64,000 bases of DNA. Source: Prevotellaceae bacterium UBA4372. Lineage in GTDB: Bacteria > Bacteroidota > Bacteroidia > Bacteroidales > Bacteroidaceae. The notes below the pieces were generated by a model. The model did no database searches, was not told the origin of the DNA, and was given only the letters and a program-made list of their open reading frames with translations. The position numbers and the translations under genes were made by a program. Positions 40,701 through 49,483 of this stretch are shown here, in pieces (within the stretch, counting starts at the first letter, position 1; the number at the start of each line of letters is the position of its first letter). The stretch spans positions 23,338 to 87,337 of the forward strand of contig DGSC01000003.1 of NCBI GenBank assembly GCA_002391275.1, written 5' to 3'.

Positions 40701-41532
40701 AAGCTGGCTTTACGCCCAGATAGAGAAACGGCGCAAAATGAACGAAGGCAATCACGGATTTTTCTCTTTCACCAAGACAGATACGGAACTCATTCGCTGG
40801 CACGATCGCGAGGACCATACCATCTTTGATGTCTGTGCAGACGATCATTGTCAACGCTACCAAGGCATAACCCGTGCATCAAGACCTGAAGTAAGAGCGG
40901 CCGTGGCAGCCACACGCGGGCAGATACTGACTTATCAAGGCAACATCTGTGACGCCCGGTTCTCCAAATGCTGCGGCGGACGAACAGAAACTTTTGAAAC
41001 TTGTTGGGAGGACGAACACCATCCCTATCTCGAAAGCATCGAAGACCCATTCTGCAATACAGACGACCCAGCTATCATCAGTCAGGTAATGAACGACTAT
41101 GATTGTGAAACACGCGACTTTTATGAGTGGCAAACAGTACTTCCGCAAGAGAAGGCTAAGGAATATCTTTGCCACCATCTGAAAATGGACTTCGGCGACA
41201 TCATTGACTTGCAGCCCCTACAGCGCGGCCCTGGCGGCCACATCATTCGCCTTAAGATCGTTGGTTCAGAACGTTCCTTCACTATCGGCAAAGAATTAGA
41301 AATCCGTTCAGCACTAAGCGACACACATCTCAAGAGCGCCAACTTTACCATTGAACGGCAACAAATTAACGAAGATGGCATTCCAGCTTCATTCCTGATT
41401 AAAGGACGGGGGTGGGGACATGGCGTTGGCATGTGCCAAATCGGAGCAGCCGTAATGGGCGAGCAGGGTTATACATATGAACAGATCCTCAAACATTATT
41501 ATTCAAATTCAGAAGTCACAAAAATCGAATAA
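37711..41532 (+). CDS. Triple-fusion protein: GT-A/GT2 glycosyltransferase, DUF4922 (HIT/GalT-like nucleotidyltransferase-phosphorylase) and SpoIID/LytB domain
   Basis: The ORF track starts at 37678 (non-ATG); the likely start is MQRISCF at 37711. GT2: [22 protein letters not shown]...[20 protein letters not shown]4922: [11 protein letters not shown]...[14 protein letters not shown], with HMHLQ (HxHxQ) encoded at 39628-39642. SpoIID: [55 protein letters not shown]. Confidence 0.8.
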   Translation: MQRISCFLPFSELQEGKQTIEALSQDENVADIHLIDNPFQSRVLRQVALDATSPYILLYTKRFELQLGYHALTRLLTVAEDTGASMVYADHRIQLPSGEIQPRPLIDYQLGSVRDDFDFGSVLLLRTSDVREYFAQEHLREYQYAGLYDLRLFLSRKMLPLHVSESLYTEVETDTRLSGQKQFDYVDPRNRARQIEMERACTRHLKAIGALLAPDEFDEIKFDIEDFPVEATVVIPVRNRVRTIEDAIRSVLKQKTTFPFNLIIVDNHSDDGTSAVIDSIKDDGQLIHLVPDRDDLGIGGCWNLAVHHPQCGRFVVQLDSDDLYSGEDTLQRIVDAFREQRAAMVIGSYRMTNFQLETLPPGLIDHREWTPQNGRNNALRINGLGAPRAFYTPVLRKIQIPNTSYGEDYALGLMIGRRYRIGRIFDELYLCRRWEGNSDAALSTEKVNKNNLYKDQLRTTEILARQALNRKWRREVTESEVEQFFEQELEEWPTARKRYDDLKAQVQQRVLVLNSPNEAPGESSSSTTTTSDVTLTAQWNPSRIVSTGAKIDKASIEARPCFLCDENRPKEQHALMIEHHYQVLVNPYPILPQHFTIPTRRHKPQSIWEHFGTMRHLAWTMPNHIIFYNGPQCGASCPDHMHLQAGSRGLVPIERDWELFENQLEKLYPLTGSETQEMMDAGNVSQRCGLFLLKNYVCPVFVIRSLPEETDSILCQRLYRALPILEGENEPRMNVICWRQAGDESRSDEIVTLIFPRKKHRPDCYQTSLLVSPGALDMGGLIITPREEDFLKLTPEWAADVLREVTMTEEELKEVIEKVTDKPTPNTPTDDTAIEGAATSDMHSQSSSQLHSTSFQDGKLTGLSSALSVGLLSAQRIRFSLNGKYTAKGSTLDGEQEVVYNDGGLLWNGQIYRQLTFTPTSDSASFTMEDVVIGKDFHWERQEAQTFKGALRLVVDEDNIVCINDIDIESYLESVISSEMSANCSSEFLKASAVISRSWLYAQIEKRRKMNEGNHGFFSFTKTDTELIRWHDREDHTIFDVCADDHCQRYQGITRASRPEVRAAVAATRGQILTYQGNICDARFSKCCGGRTETFETCWEDEHHPYLESIEDPFCNTDDPAIISQVMNDYDCETRDFYEWQTVLPQEKAKEYLCHHLKMDFGDIIDLQPLQRGPGGHIIRLKIVGSERSFTIGKELEIRSALSDTHLKSANFTIERQQINEDGIPASFLIKGRGWGHGVGMCQIGAAVMGEQGYTYEQILKHYYSNSEVTKIE

Positions 41533-41535
41533 GCT

Positions 41536-43761
41536 ATGAAACTTAATTTTATCCTTGCTGCCTTACTGCCTTTAGCAGCAATGGCCGACGATTTCACACA
41601 ATTCGTCGACCCACGCATCGGCACGGGCGACCATGGGCACGTCTTCGTAGGCGCCAACGTGCCTTTCGGCATGGTCAACGCAGGCCCTACTCAGCTTGAG
41701 GAAGGCTGGGACTGGTGCTCGGGCTACCATGAGAGCGGCACCAAGCTGATAGGGTTCGGGCAACTCCACCTCAGCGGTACAGGCTGCTCCGACCTGGGCG
41801 ACGTCACCATCCTGCCCGTCACGGGCGACGCGACCTATTCACGCGAAGGGCTGGCTACGCCCTACTGCCACGACAACGAAGAGGTGAGACCCGGATACTA
41901 CAGCGTGCTGCTCGGCACGGACACGAAAGCCGACGACGCCTCCAAGTTCATACGCACCGAAGTGACGGCTGCCGCACGCAATGCCATGTACCGTATCACT
42001 TACCCCAAGGGTGCTCAGGTGACCGACCTCATCGTGAACTTGAAAGATGCCGTGAGCGACAACATCCGCCATTCCGACCTCAACATGATTGGCGACCGCC
42101 TCTGCGTAGGGTTCCGCAACAGTCATGGCTGGGCTAACGACCAACATTGCTACTTCGGCATACGCTTCTCGCGTCCCGTCAAGGAAATGACCAACCCGGC
42201 ACAGCACTACTACCGCCTGCGTTTCGAGCCCTCCGACGAGCCGCTCATCGTAACCGTTGCCCTCAGTCCCGTCTCGGAATCCAGCGCCCTGCACAATATG
42301 CTGCCCGCAGCTGCCACTTTCGATATGACGCGTAAGATGGCCGATAACAAATGGAACCAGTTCCTCAGCCGCGTTCAAGCCACCTTCCAGAACGATCGCG
42401 ACCGCCGCATCTTCTACACCGCCATGTACCACTTCATGGTGGCGCCTCAGCTGTGGGACGATGCCAATGGCGACTGGCGCGGTGCCGACAACCGCGTCTA
42501 TCGCACAGACCGTCCATGGCCTGCGATAGCGCCGACGCCTTTTGACGAGCACCCCCGCTACCTCACGACGCTCTCGCTCTGGGACACCTACCGCGCCGCA
42601 GCACCCCTCTCCACCATCATCCTGCCCGAGATGATGCCCTCCATCGTAGAGACCTACCTGCGCATCTTCCGCGAGCAAGGCAAGCTGCCCGTGTGGCACC
42701 TCATGTCGCAGGAGACCAATTGCATGGTGGGCTGCCCTGCCGTGCCCATCCTGGCCGACGCCCTGCTGAAAGGCTATGTCAAGGACTCCCTCGCTGCCGT
42801 GAAAGCCATGACCGCCTCGCTGCTCATGGACGAGCGGGGATTGGACGACATGAAGCGCTACGGCTACGTCGCCAACGACCACCACGGCGAGAGCCTCTCA
42901 CGGACGCTCGAATACATGCTGGCCGACTGGTCGGCTGTCCAGGCCGGCAAGGCTTATCTCAAGAGCCACAACGACGAAGCGCTCGCCAAGACCATCGACT
43001 TCCTCGACCGCCGCTCACACGGCTATCCACAGCTCTACGACAAGCGCGTAGGCTTCATGCGCGGCAAGAACTCCGATGGCTCGTTCGCGACGGCCGACGG
43101 CTTCAACCCGCAGCACCAGACGCGCGACTTCACCGAAGGCAACCCCTGGCAGTACCTCTGGCTCGTACCACACGACGTCGAAGGCCTCGCCGAGATGCTC
43201 GGCGGTCGCGAGACAGCCCTCCGCCGGCTCGACAGCCTCTTCACGGCCGACAGCCAGCTCAATGCCGAAGCCAACCCCGACATCAGCGGTCTCATCGGGC
43301 AATATGCCCACGGCAACGAGCCTTCGCATCACACCGTCTACCTCTACGCCCTCATGGGCCAGCCACGCAAGACGGCCAAGCTCGTCCGTCAGATACAGCG
43401 TGAGCTATACACCGACCAGCCCGCCGGTCTCTGCGGCAACGAGGACGTCGGGCAGATGTCGGCCTGGTACGTGCTCTCGGCCCTCGGCTTCTATCAGGTG
43501 GAACCCTGCGGCGGGCGCTATGTCATCGGCTCGCCGCTCGTCAGCGATGCCACCATGCACGTCGGGGGCGGCAAGACCTTCACCATCCGCACCCACGGTC
43601 TCAGCGACAAGGCCATGTTCGTGAAGAAGGCTGTGCTCAACGGCCGCCCGCTGAGGCGCCAAGCCCTCGACCATCCGCGTCGCGGCGAGGAAGGTGCACT
43701 CATCCTGCGCCACGAGGACATCATGCGCGGCGGCACGCTGGACATCTACATGACCAAGTAA
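41536..43761 (+). CDS. GH92-family alpha-mannosidase
   Basis: Signal peptide. FVDPRIGTGDHGHVFVGANVPFGMVNAGP, YAHGNEPSHHTVYLY and GLCGNEDVGQMSAWYV. Starts 4 nt after the upstream stop. Confidence 0.9.
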   Translation: MKLNFILAALLPLAAMADDFTQFVDPRIGTGDHGHVFVGANVPFGMVNAGPTQLEEGWDWCSGYHESGTKLIGFGQLHLSGTGCSDLGDVTILPVTGDATYSREGLATPYCHDNEEVRPGYYSVLLGTDTKADDASKFIRTEVTAAARNAMYRITYPKGAQVTDLIVNLKDAVSDNIRHSDLNMIGDRLCVGFRNSHGWANDQHCYFGIRFSRPVKEMTNPAQHYYRLRFEPSDEPLIVTVALSPVSESSALHNMLPAAATFDMTRKMADNKWNQFLSRVQATFQNDRDRRIFYTAMYHFMVAPQLWDDANGDWRGADNRVYRTDRPWPAIAPTPFDEHPRYLTTLSLWDTYRAAAPLSTIILPEMMPSIVETYLRIFREQGKLPVWHLMSQETNCMVGCPAVPILADALLKGYVKDSLAAVKAMTASLLMDERGLDDMKRYGYVANDHHGESLSRTLEYMLADWSAVQAGKAYLKSHNDEALAKTIDFLDRRSHGYPQLYDKRVGFMRGKNSDGSFATADGFNPQHQTRDFTEGNPWQYLWLVPHDVEGLAEMLGGRETALRRLDSLFTADSQLNAEANPDISGLIGQYAHGNEPSHHTVYLYALMGQPRKTAKLVRQIQRELYTDQPAGLCGNEDVGQMSAWYVLSALGFYQVEPCGGRYVIGSPLVSDATMHVGGGKTFTIRTHGLSDKAMFVKKAVLNGRPLRRQALDHPRRGEEGALILRHEDIMRGGTLDIYMTK

Positions 43762-43860
43762 ACCCGACTACATGACCAAGTAAACCCCGACCTATCCGTC
43801 ATGAGGCCTCAACAGCCTCCATCTCCATTACCCAACATTTCAAAGAACGCTTTTTCCGTG

Positions 43861-43991
43861 CAAGCCTGGGCGACCTTCGCTCAGGCTTGTGCATTTATTC
43901 GTTCAAGCCCTTGCGTCTATTCATGCAAGTCCTTGCGTCTGTTTGCTCAAGTCTTTGCTCCTGTACGTTCAAGCTCTTGAACATCTCGTGA
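43861..43991. repeat. About six degenerate tandem units with a 22-bp period
   Basis: CAAG/CAGG anchors occur at 43861, 43882, 43904, 43926, 43948 and 43970. Units include CAAGCCCTTGCGTCTATTCATG, CAAGTCCTTGCGTCTGTTTGCT and CAAGTCTTTGCTCCTGTACGTT. The array starts 100 nt downstream of the GH92 stop. Confidence 0.8.
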
Positions 43992-44232
43992 ACGCTCCCA
44001 CACCTGTTCGCTTTGCGCACAGCGAGCAGCAGCAGGAGCACTCTCACGCCTTTCGACGCTGCAAAGATACAACATTTCGGGCGGCCGTGCAATAGGATTC
44101 GAAAAAGTGAGGGGCGCGCGAAGGCCGTTTTTTTTGTGTGTCCTCAGGGCATTATCGTTTGCTGTTCGTTCGTTCGCTGTTCGTTCGCCGTTCGGTAGCC
44201 CTGACTGTCATCGCTTGTTGTTCCCTCCTCTG

Positions 44233-44402
44233 TACCGAACAGCGAACGAACGAACAGCGAACAGACAATTGAAATGTCATCGGGTGCATAGGCCAATAAG
44301 ATAGGTTATATTATATATATATATAATATAACCTATCTTATTGAACATTTTTCCCCCATTTACCGAACAACCGTTCGCTGTTCGTTCGTTCGCTGTTCGG
44401 TA
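44233..44402. repeat. 170-bp MITE-like element with perfect 30-bp terminal inverted repeats around a 50-bp palindrome
   Basis: TACCGAACAGCGAACGAACGAACAGCGAAC (44233-44262) is the exact reverse complement of 44373-44402. A third, imperfect arm in the same orientation as the right arm lies at 44161-44197. Confidence 0.85.
44294..44343. repeat. Perfect loop-less 50-bp palindrome with a (TA)n centre
   Basis: CAATAAGATAGGTTATATTATATAT|ATATATAATATAACCTATCTTATTG. I checked every one of the 25 base pairs by hand. Confidence 0.95.
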
Positions 44403-44464
44403 AGTGAGGGCTTAATCAACCGCATGAGCATGATGCGTTTGATGATGTAATCCATGTTGAATCG

Positions 44465-45931
44465 CTACACCTTACGGACAGGGTCGCATGTCAGTCCGCA
44501 GCCTAACTTCTTGAAAATCTTACGGTCAACCTCGCTGAGCATGACCGTGGCATGAACCTGACAACCATCAAGAAGCGGAAGGGTTTCGAGTGCACGGCGG
44601 CAATTATCGTCATGCTGGGACAGCACAGCAAGCGCCACCAGCACCTCATCCGTGTGCAGACGTGGGTTATTCCCATGCAACATCGATGTTTTCATGCGCT
44701 GAATAGGTGTGATCATGTCTTGTGGAATCAACTTGAGAGCATGATCAATTCCTGCCAGATATTTGGTTGCATTAAGCAACAAGGCAGCACAAGGTCCCAA
44801 TAGGTCGGAAGTGTCGGCAGTGATGATGGTGCCGTCTTCCAGTTCTATTGCAGCCGAAGGCGTACCGCTCTGCAAGCGACGTTCGTAGGCCGCTACAGTA
44901 GTGGCACGGTTGGCTGTAGTGAGCTTCAGCTGCTTCATGAGCAGCGCAATCTTGACCACTTCCTCGTTGCCTTTGCGACCATCCAGCATCTCGCCCAAAG
45001 CTGCATAATAACGGCGGATAATCTCTTGCTTCGATGCTTCGCAACATACGGAGTCGTCGGAGATGCAGAAGCCAGCCATGTTCACGCCCATATCTGTGGG
45101 CGATTTATAGGGACTTTCACCGTAAATCGACTCGAAAATGGCGTTCAACACGGGGAAAATCTCGATGTCGCGGTTGTAATTGACTGTTGTCTTACCGTAG
45201 GCTTCAAGGTGAAAATGGTCAATCATGTTGACGTCGTTGAGGTCGGCCGTAGCCGCCTCGTAGGCTACGTTGACAGGATGTTTCAGGGGAATTGACCAGA
45301 TGGGGAAAGTCTCGAACTTGGCATAACCAGCCTTGACGCCACGGCGGTTCTCACCCCATAGCTGACTCAGGCACACAGCCATCTTGCCGCTGCCAGGGCC
45401 AGGTGCCGTCACAACGACTAATGGCCGTGTTGTTTCTACAAAATCATTCTTGCCGAAGCCTTCCTCGGAATCTATCAACTCGACATTGGTTGGATAACCC
45501 TCAATAAGATAATGGTAATACACGCGCACGTGACCGAGGCGTTCCAATTGCTCGCGGAAAGCAATGGCTGAGGACTGACCGTTGAAATGGGTGATCACAA
45601 CGGAACTCACCAGCAAGCCACGGTCTGAGAACACATCCCGCAGGCGAAGGACATCTTCCGTATAAGGGATGCCCAAATCACTACGCACCTTGTTACGCTC
45701 AATGTCCTCGGCAGAGATGACGATAATGATTTCAGCATCGTCCTTCAGCTGCATAAGCATCCGAAGTTTGCTATCGGGCTGGAAGCCGGGCAACACCCGC
45801 GACGCATGGAAGTCGTCGTAGAGTTTACCACCGAACTCCATGTAAAGTTTGTCGCCGAACTGAGCGATACGTTCCTTAATGTGCTCCGATTGAATGCGGA
45901 GGTATTTCTCATTATCAAAACCTTGTTTCAT
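44465..45931 (-). CDS. DUF1846/UPF0371-family protein
   Basis: The likely start is MKQGFDNEKYLRIQSEHIKERIAQFGDKLYMEFGGKLYDDFHASRVLPGFQPDSKLRML at 45931; the ORF track extends to 45982. Confidence 0.85.
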   Translation of the reverse strand: MKQGFDNEKYLRIQSEHIKERIAQFGDKLYMEFGGKLYDDFHASRVLPGFQPDSKLRMLMQLKDDAEIIIVISAEDIERNKVRSDLGIPYTEDVLRLRDVFSDRGLLVSSVVITHFNGQSSAIAFREQLERLGHVRVYYHYLIEGYPTNVELIDSEEGFGKNDFVETTRPLVVVTAPGPGSGKMAVCLSQLWGENRRGVKAGYAKFETFPIWSIPLKHPVNVAYEAATADLNDVNMIDHFHLEAYGKTTVNYNRDIEIFPVLNAIFESIYGESPYKSPTDMGVNMAGFCISDDSVCCEASKQEIIRRYYAALGEMLDGRKGNEEVVKIALLMKQLKLTTANRATTVAAYERRLQSGTPSAAIELEDGTIITADTSDLLGPCAALLLNATKYLAGIDHALKLIPQDMITPIQRMKTSMLHGNNPRLHTDEVLVALAVLSQHDDNCRRALETLPLLDGCQVHATVMLSEVDRKIFKKLGCGLTCDPVRKV

Positions 45932-46177
45932 AGAACATCTTATCTTGAGGTGAGCGTCTGAACATACTAATTTTGGGCACAAAGGTACGCTTTTTTGGTG
46001 GAAAAGCCAAATAAACGTATATATAATATTATTTTTTTCTGCATAAAAAGGTCTGTCTTTTTATCCGAATGGCTCTTAGGTAACTGCTACAACAGTTTGT
46101 CCACAACAAGCTCCAAAGAAAAACGAGCTGATGCCGGAGATTACCTTCAAAGCACTCTCGTCGCAAAGCTTATTTTA

Positions 46178-46206
46178 CAACAAAAGGGTCGCTTCACAGC
46201 GACCCT
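46178..46206 (-). terminator. Rho-independent terminator downstream of the BadF-type ATPase gene
   Basis: GGGTCGC, loop TTCACA, then GCGACCC (46186-46206). The plus-strand A-run before it gives UUUUGUUGU in the minus-sense RNA. Confidence 0.55.
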
Positions 46207-46347
46207 ATTGCTTCAGTCTTTAGGTATTAGTCCGTTTAAGGTAAAAAGATTGTCTTATTTCAGGATAACGGCCACAAAGATAATTGCAAATGCAATAAGT
46301 TGGAGCGTTTAACCACATGTTTTACAACATATTTTACAACACCCTAT

Positions 46348-47235
46348 TCATAAGTTCTCACTGGCATGATTGTGGAAATCAGCCATCAGCTTTATCGGTG
46401 CCTTTTCTATACGCCCGACAATAAAATGTTCGCATTCAGCAGATTGCCGCAACTCTTGTTCGAATTGATAAGCAATTCCCCCAACAAAGTTGACAGGCAA
46501 ATCCGGTCGCTCATATTTAGCTACATTGCGAACAAAAAAATCGCAAAAAGCTCGATGAAGCAGCTCCTGAATGCGGCCATCAGCCCTGTTTTCAACGAGA
46601 AATGGCACTAAAGAAGCCAAAAACTTATTGGCTTGGGGTTTTCGATAAACAGCTTCTATGATTGAACCTTGTGTAAGCCCAAAACGATCAAGAAATGCAG
46701 CGCGCAAATCGTTGCCCAAGCATCCTTTCAGAGCATCGCCGACAAGACGACGGCCTAACACGGCTCCGCTACCTTCATCGCCCAGAATCCATCCTAAAGG
46801 CGACACATTAGCTACAATCGACTGGCCGTCATAGAGGCACGAATTACTGCCCGTACCCAAGATGCAGGCAATGCCTTCACTCGTGCCACACAACGCACGG
46901 GCTGCACCAAGGAGATCGCTCTCAACAACAACACGGCTTCCCGTAAAAGTCTCTGCGAGCACCCGCTCAACCACTTCCTTAAAAGGCTCTATACATCCGG
47001 CCCCGTAGAAATAAATGCTCAGCGAAGGTCCCCACTGCGGCTGGAGCAGGTTCGCAGGGTCTACGGCAAGAACTGCCGCCAAGCTGCCGGCCACACCTTG
47101 CACTACACGAAGAATGTGGGAAGCTTCATCGCGGACAGGATTTATGCCCACACTCTCCACCAAAATATCTGGGCTGCCGGCTCGGCCAAGCAGCCATGCG
47201 GTCTTACTCGAACCGCTATCTACTACTAATCGCAT
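46348..47235 (-). CDS. BadF/BadG/BcrA/BcrD-type ATPase (N-acetylglucosamine kinase-like)
   Basis: MRLVVDSGSSKTAWLL (phosphate-1 motif), ACILGTGSNSC and GWILGDEGSGAVLG. Confidence 0.75.
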   Translation of the reverse strand: MRLVVDSGSSKTAWLLGRAGSPDILVESVGINPVRDEASHILRVVQGVAGSLAAVLAVDPANLLQPQWGPSLSIYFYGAGCIEPFKEVVERVLAETFTGSRVVVESDLLGAARALCGTSEGIACILGTGSNSCLYDGQSIVANVSPLGWILGDEGSGAVLGRRLVGDALKGCLGNDLRAAFLDRFGLTQGSIIEAVYRKPQANKFLASLVPFLVENRADGRIQELLHRAFCDFFVRNVAKYERPDLPVNFVGGIAYQFEQELRQSAECEHFIVGRIEKAPIKLMADFHNHASENL

Positions 47236-47356
47236 AATGGTGTTTCTTTAACCAAAAGAATTTAAGGATTATCCATTTTCGTCTACAAAATTATACAAAA
47301 GATTTGATTTGTGATCTTTTTTCCACATAAAACAAGGCTTTATAAGTGCTTTTTAC

Positions 47357-47364
47357 TATCTTTG
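47357..47364 (+). promoter_or_regulatory. Bacteroidota -7 promoter box for the DUF3078 gene
   Basis: TATCTTTG lies 27 nt upstream of the ATG at 47391. It sits inside the over-extended track ORF that starts at 47346. Confidence 0.5.
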
Positions 47365-47390
47365 TGCCCAAATATATAATTCATTTCTTT

Positions 47391-48722
47391 ATGAAAAAGT
47401 TCCATTTCATCATCACCGCAGCTTTAGCTTCTATGCTACCTGCCAATGCAGCACGTATCAACTCGAATAAAGGGCTGCATGCTCTTTCTACGGCCACTGA
47501 TTCAATCATACAAAACTACAGCGACTCGCTGGCTTCACTCGTAGAGCGCCTGGATGAACAGCCAACAACGGCCACCTCACCATCGCCCTATCTCTTTCGT
47601 CTCTTAGGACAAGGCACCTTGTATAACAGCGCACTCGTCCAACAGATGTCCCAGCAACAGCCTGTCGCCAAAGCCAACATACTCCCCTCTCTCGGATCTA
47701 CGGACGACGATCAGCTGCTACTCGTAGAGGCCTCCAACAATCAATTGGCAAGAGCCTACACCAGCTATCCTCAACTCTTCAAGACCACAGAGAATGTCCT
47801 CACAGAGACCGGAGGACTACGTACCGACATCTCGCAACCGATTGTCGAAGAGACAAAGCTCGCCGAGAAGATCGTAGAGGAGCTGCCCGACGTAGAAGTT
47901 GAAGAAATTGAGCCCGAAGTGAAGAAACCTAATTTCTGGACTTATAAAGGTAATGGCGGACTGCAATTCACCCAAAGCTATTTCTCCAAGAACTGGTACA
48001 AAGGCGGTGAAAACAGCTACACCATGCTCAGTTTGCTCAGCTTCGATGCCAACTACAACAACCAACGCAGGGTACAACTCGACAACCGTTTCGAAGCACG
48101 ACTGGGATTCCAGACGACAAACAGCTATAAACCGAAATTCCGCCCCACCGACAACCTTTTGCGTTTCACTTCTAACTTGGGCATAAAGGCAATCGGCAAC
48201 TGGAACTATTCAGCACAACTACAGCTTCAGTCGCAGCCCTACAGAGGCTACGAAGGGAGCAGCACCAAGGTTATCTCCGACTTCCTCTCACCGCTTTACG
48301 TTCGTTCGTCTATCGGTATGGACTTTAACATTAAGAAAGAACGCTTCACAGGAAAGCTGCACCTCGCACCGCTCTCTTATGTCATCACATACGTCCACGT
48401 TGACAGCCGCGTCACACGCTATGGCATCAAACAAGGCCACAATTCAAAACATGAATGGGGTCCAAATATCGAATTCACTTTCGACTACAGAATAACGAAA
48501 GACATCTTGTGGAAATCCAGAACCTATTGGTTCACCACATTCAAGCTCACACGTCTTGAAATGGAAAACACCATCAACTTCGCCATCAACAAATACCTCT
48601 CGGCAAAGTTGTTCGTGAACCCAAGATTCGAAGACACACGTTACTGGGGCAACGAAGATGCCCGACGCACCCACTGGATGTTGCAAGAAAGTTTCTCACT
48701 CGGTCTCAACTACGACTTCTAA
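47391..48722 (+). CDS. DUF3078-family outer-membrane protein
   Basis: Start is MKKFHFIITAALASMLPANA (signal peptide). PNFWTYKGNGGLQFTQSYFSKNWYKGGENSYTMLSLLSFDANYN. C-terminus ends in F. Confidence 0.65.
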   Translation: MKKFHFIITAALASMLPANAARINSNKGLHALSTATDSIIQNYSDSLASLVERLDEQPTTATSPSPYLFRLLGQGTLYNSALVQQMSQQQPVAKANILPSLGSTDDDQLLLVEASNNQLARAYTSYPQLFKTTENVLTETGGLRTDISQPIVEETKLAEKIVEELPDVEVEEIEPEVKKPNFWTYKGNGGLQFTQSYFSKNWYKGGENSYTMLSLLSFDANYNNQRRVQLDNRFEARLGFQTTNSYKPKFRPTDNLLRFTSNLGIKAIGNWNYSAQLQLQSQPYRGYEGSSTKVISDFLSPLYVRSSIGMDFNIKKERFTGKLHLAPLSYVITYVHVDSRVTRYGIKQGHNSKHEWGPNIEFTFDYRITKDILWKSRTYWFTTFKLTRLEMENTINFAINKYLSAKLFVNPRFEDTRYWGNEDARRTHWMLQESFSLGLNYDF

Positions 48723-49361
48723 ATGATTATCAACAGCGCCACATACCTCAAGAGCAGCGCCTTCATCAGCCAATGCCCTATCAACAACGGATTACCAGAG
48801 TACGCGTTCATAGGACGATCGAACGTTGGCAAGTCGAGTCTCATCAACATGCTAACCAACAACAAAAAACTGGCTAAGACATCGGCTACTCCTGGCAAGA
48901 CATTGCTCATCAATCATTTCGAGATACGCTCCTCAGACAGTTCTGCCACCAAGAAGACAGACACATGGTTCCTCGTAGACCTCCCAGGCTACGGATTTGC
49001 CAAGCGGAGCAAGACCGAACGCACGAAGTTGGAGAACATGATATCCAGCTACATTCTGCAACGCGAGCAACTCACAAACCTTTTTGTGCTTATCGACAGC
49101 AGGCATGCCCCACAGCAAGTGGACCTCGAATTCATGCGATGGCTCGGAGAGAGCGGAGTGCCTTTCTGCATTGTATTCACCAAGGCCGACAAGCTCTCCA
49201 GACAGGCACTTCAAAAGAGCATCGAGACTTACCTCCAACGCCTCGCAGATGACTGGGAACCTCTCCCACCACACTTCATCACTTCCTCCGAGACTCGCCT
49301 CGGTCGCGTTGAGCTTCTCGGGTACATCCAGTCCATCAACAACGGGCTCACACAAGCTTAG
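48723..49361 (+). CDS. engB: Ribosome-biogenesis GTPase YsxC/EngB
   Basis: [20 protein letters not shown] (G1), DLPGYG (G3) and TKADK (G4). The ATG directly abuts the upstream TAA. Confidence 0.93.
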   Translation: MIINSATYLKSSAFISQCPINNGLPEYAFIGRSNVGKSSLINMLTNNKKLAKTSATPGKTLLINHFEIRSSDSSATKKTDTWFLVDLPGYGFAKRSKTERTKLENMISSYILQREQLTNLFVLIDSRHAPQQVDLEFMRWLGESGVPFCIVFTKADKLSRQALQKSIETYLQRLADDWEPLPPHFITSSETRLGRVELLGYIQSINNGLTQA

Positions 49362-49483
49362 CGAAACAACCATTCAAGGCCACGCCACTGCCTCTTTACC
49401 TCCACCTACATCTCCAAACCGAAATTTATAATGACAGTGCTCGGCGATTCCATCGCCGAGCACCAACACACTAACAATAGACA

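Noticed and set aside
41839-42885. 348-aa minus-strand ORF
   Set aside because: It is antisense to the GH92 gene, and its product is Val/Gly/His-rich with low complexity.
43889-44304. Several 61-68-aa ORFs on both strands
   Set aside because: They lie within tandem and inverted repeats of the convergent intergenic region. They have non-ATG starts or repeat-derived peptides.
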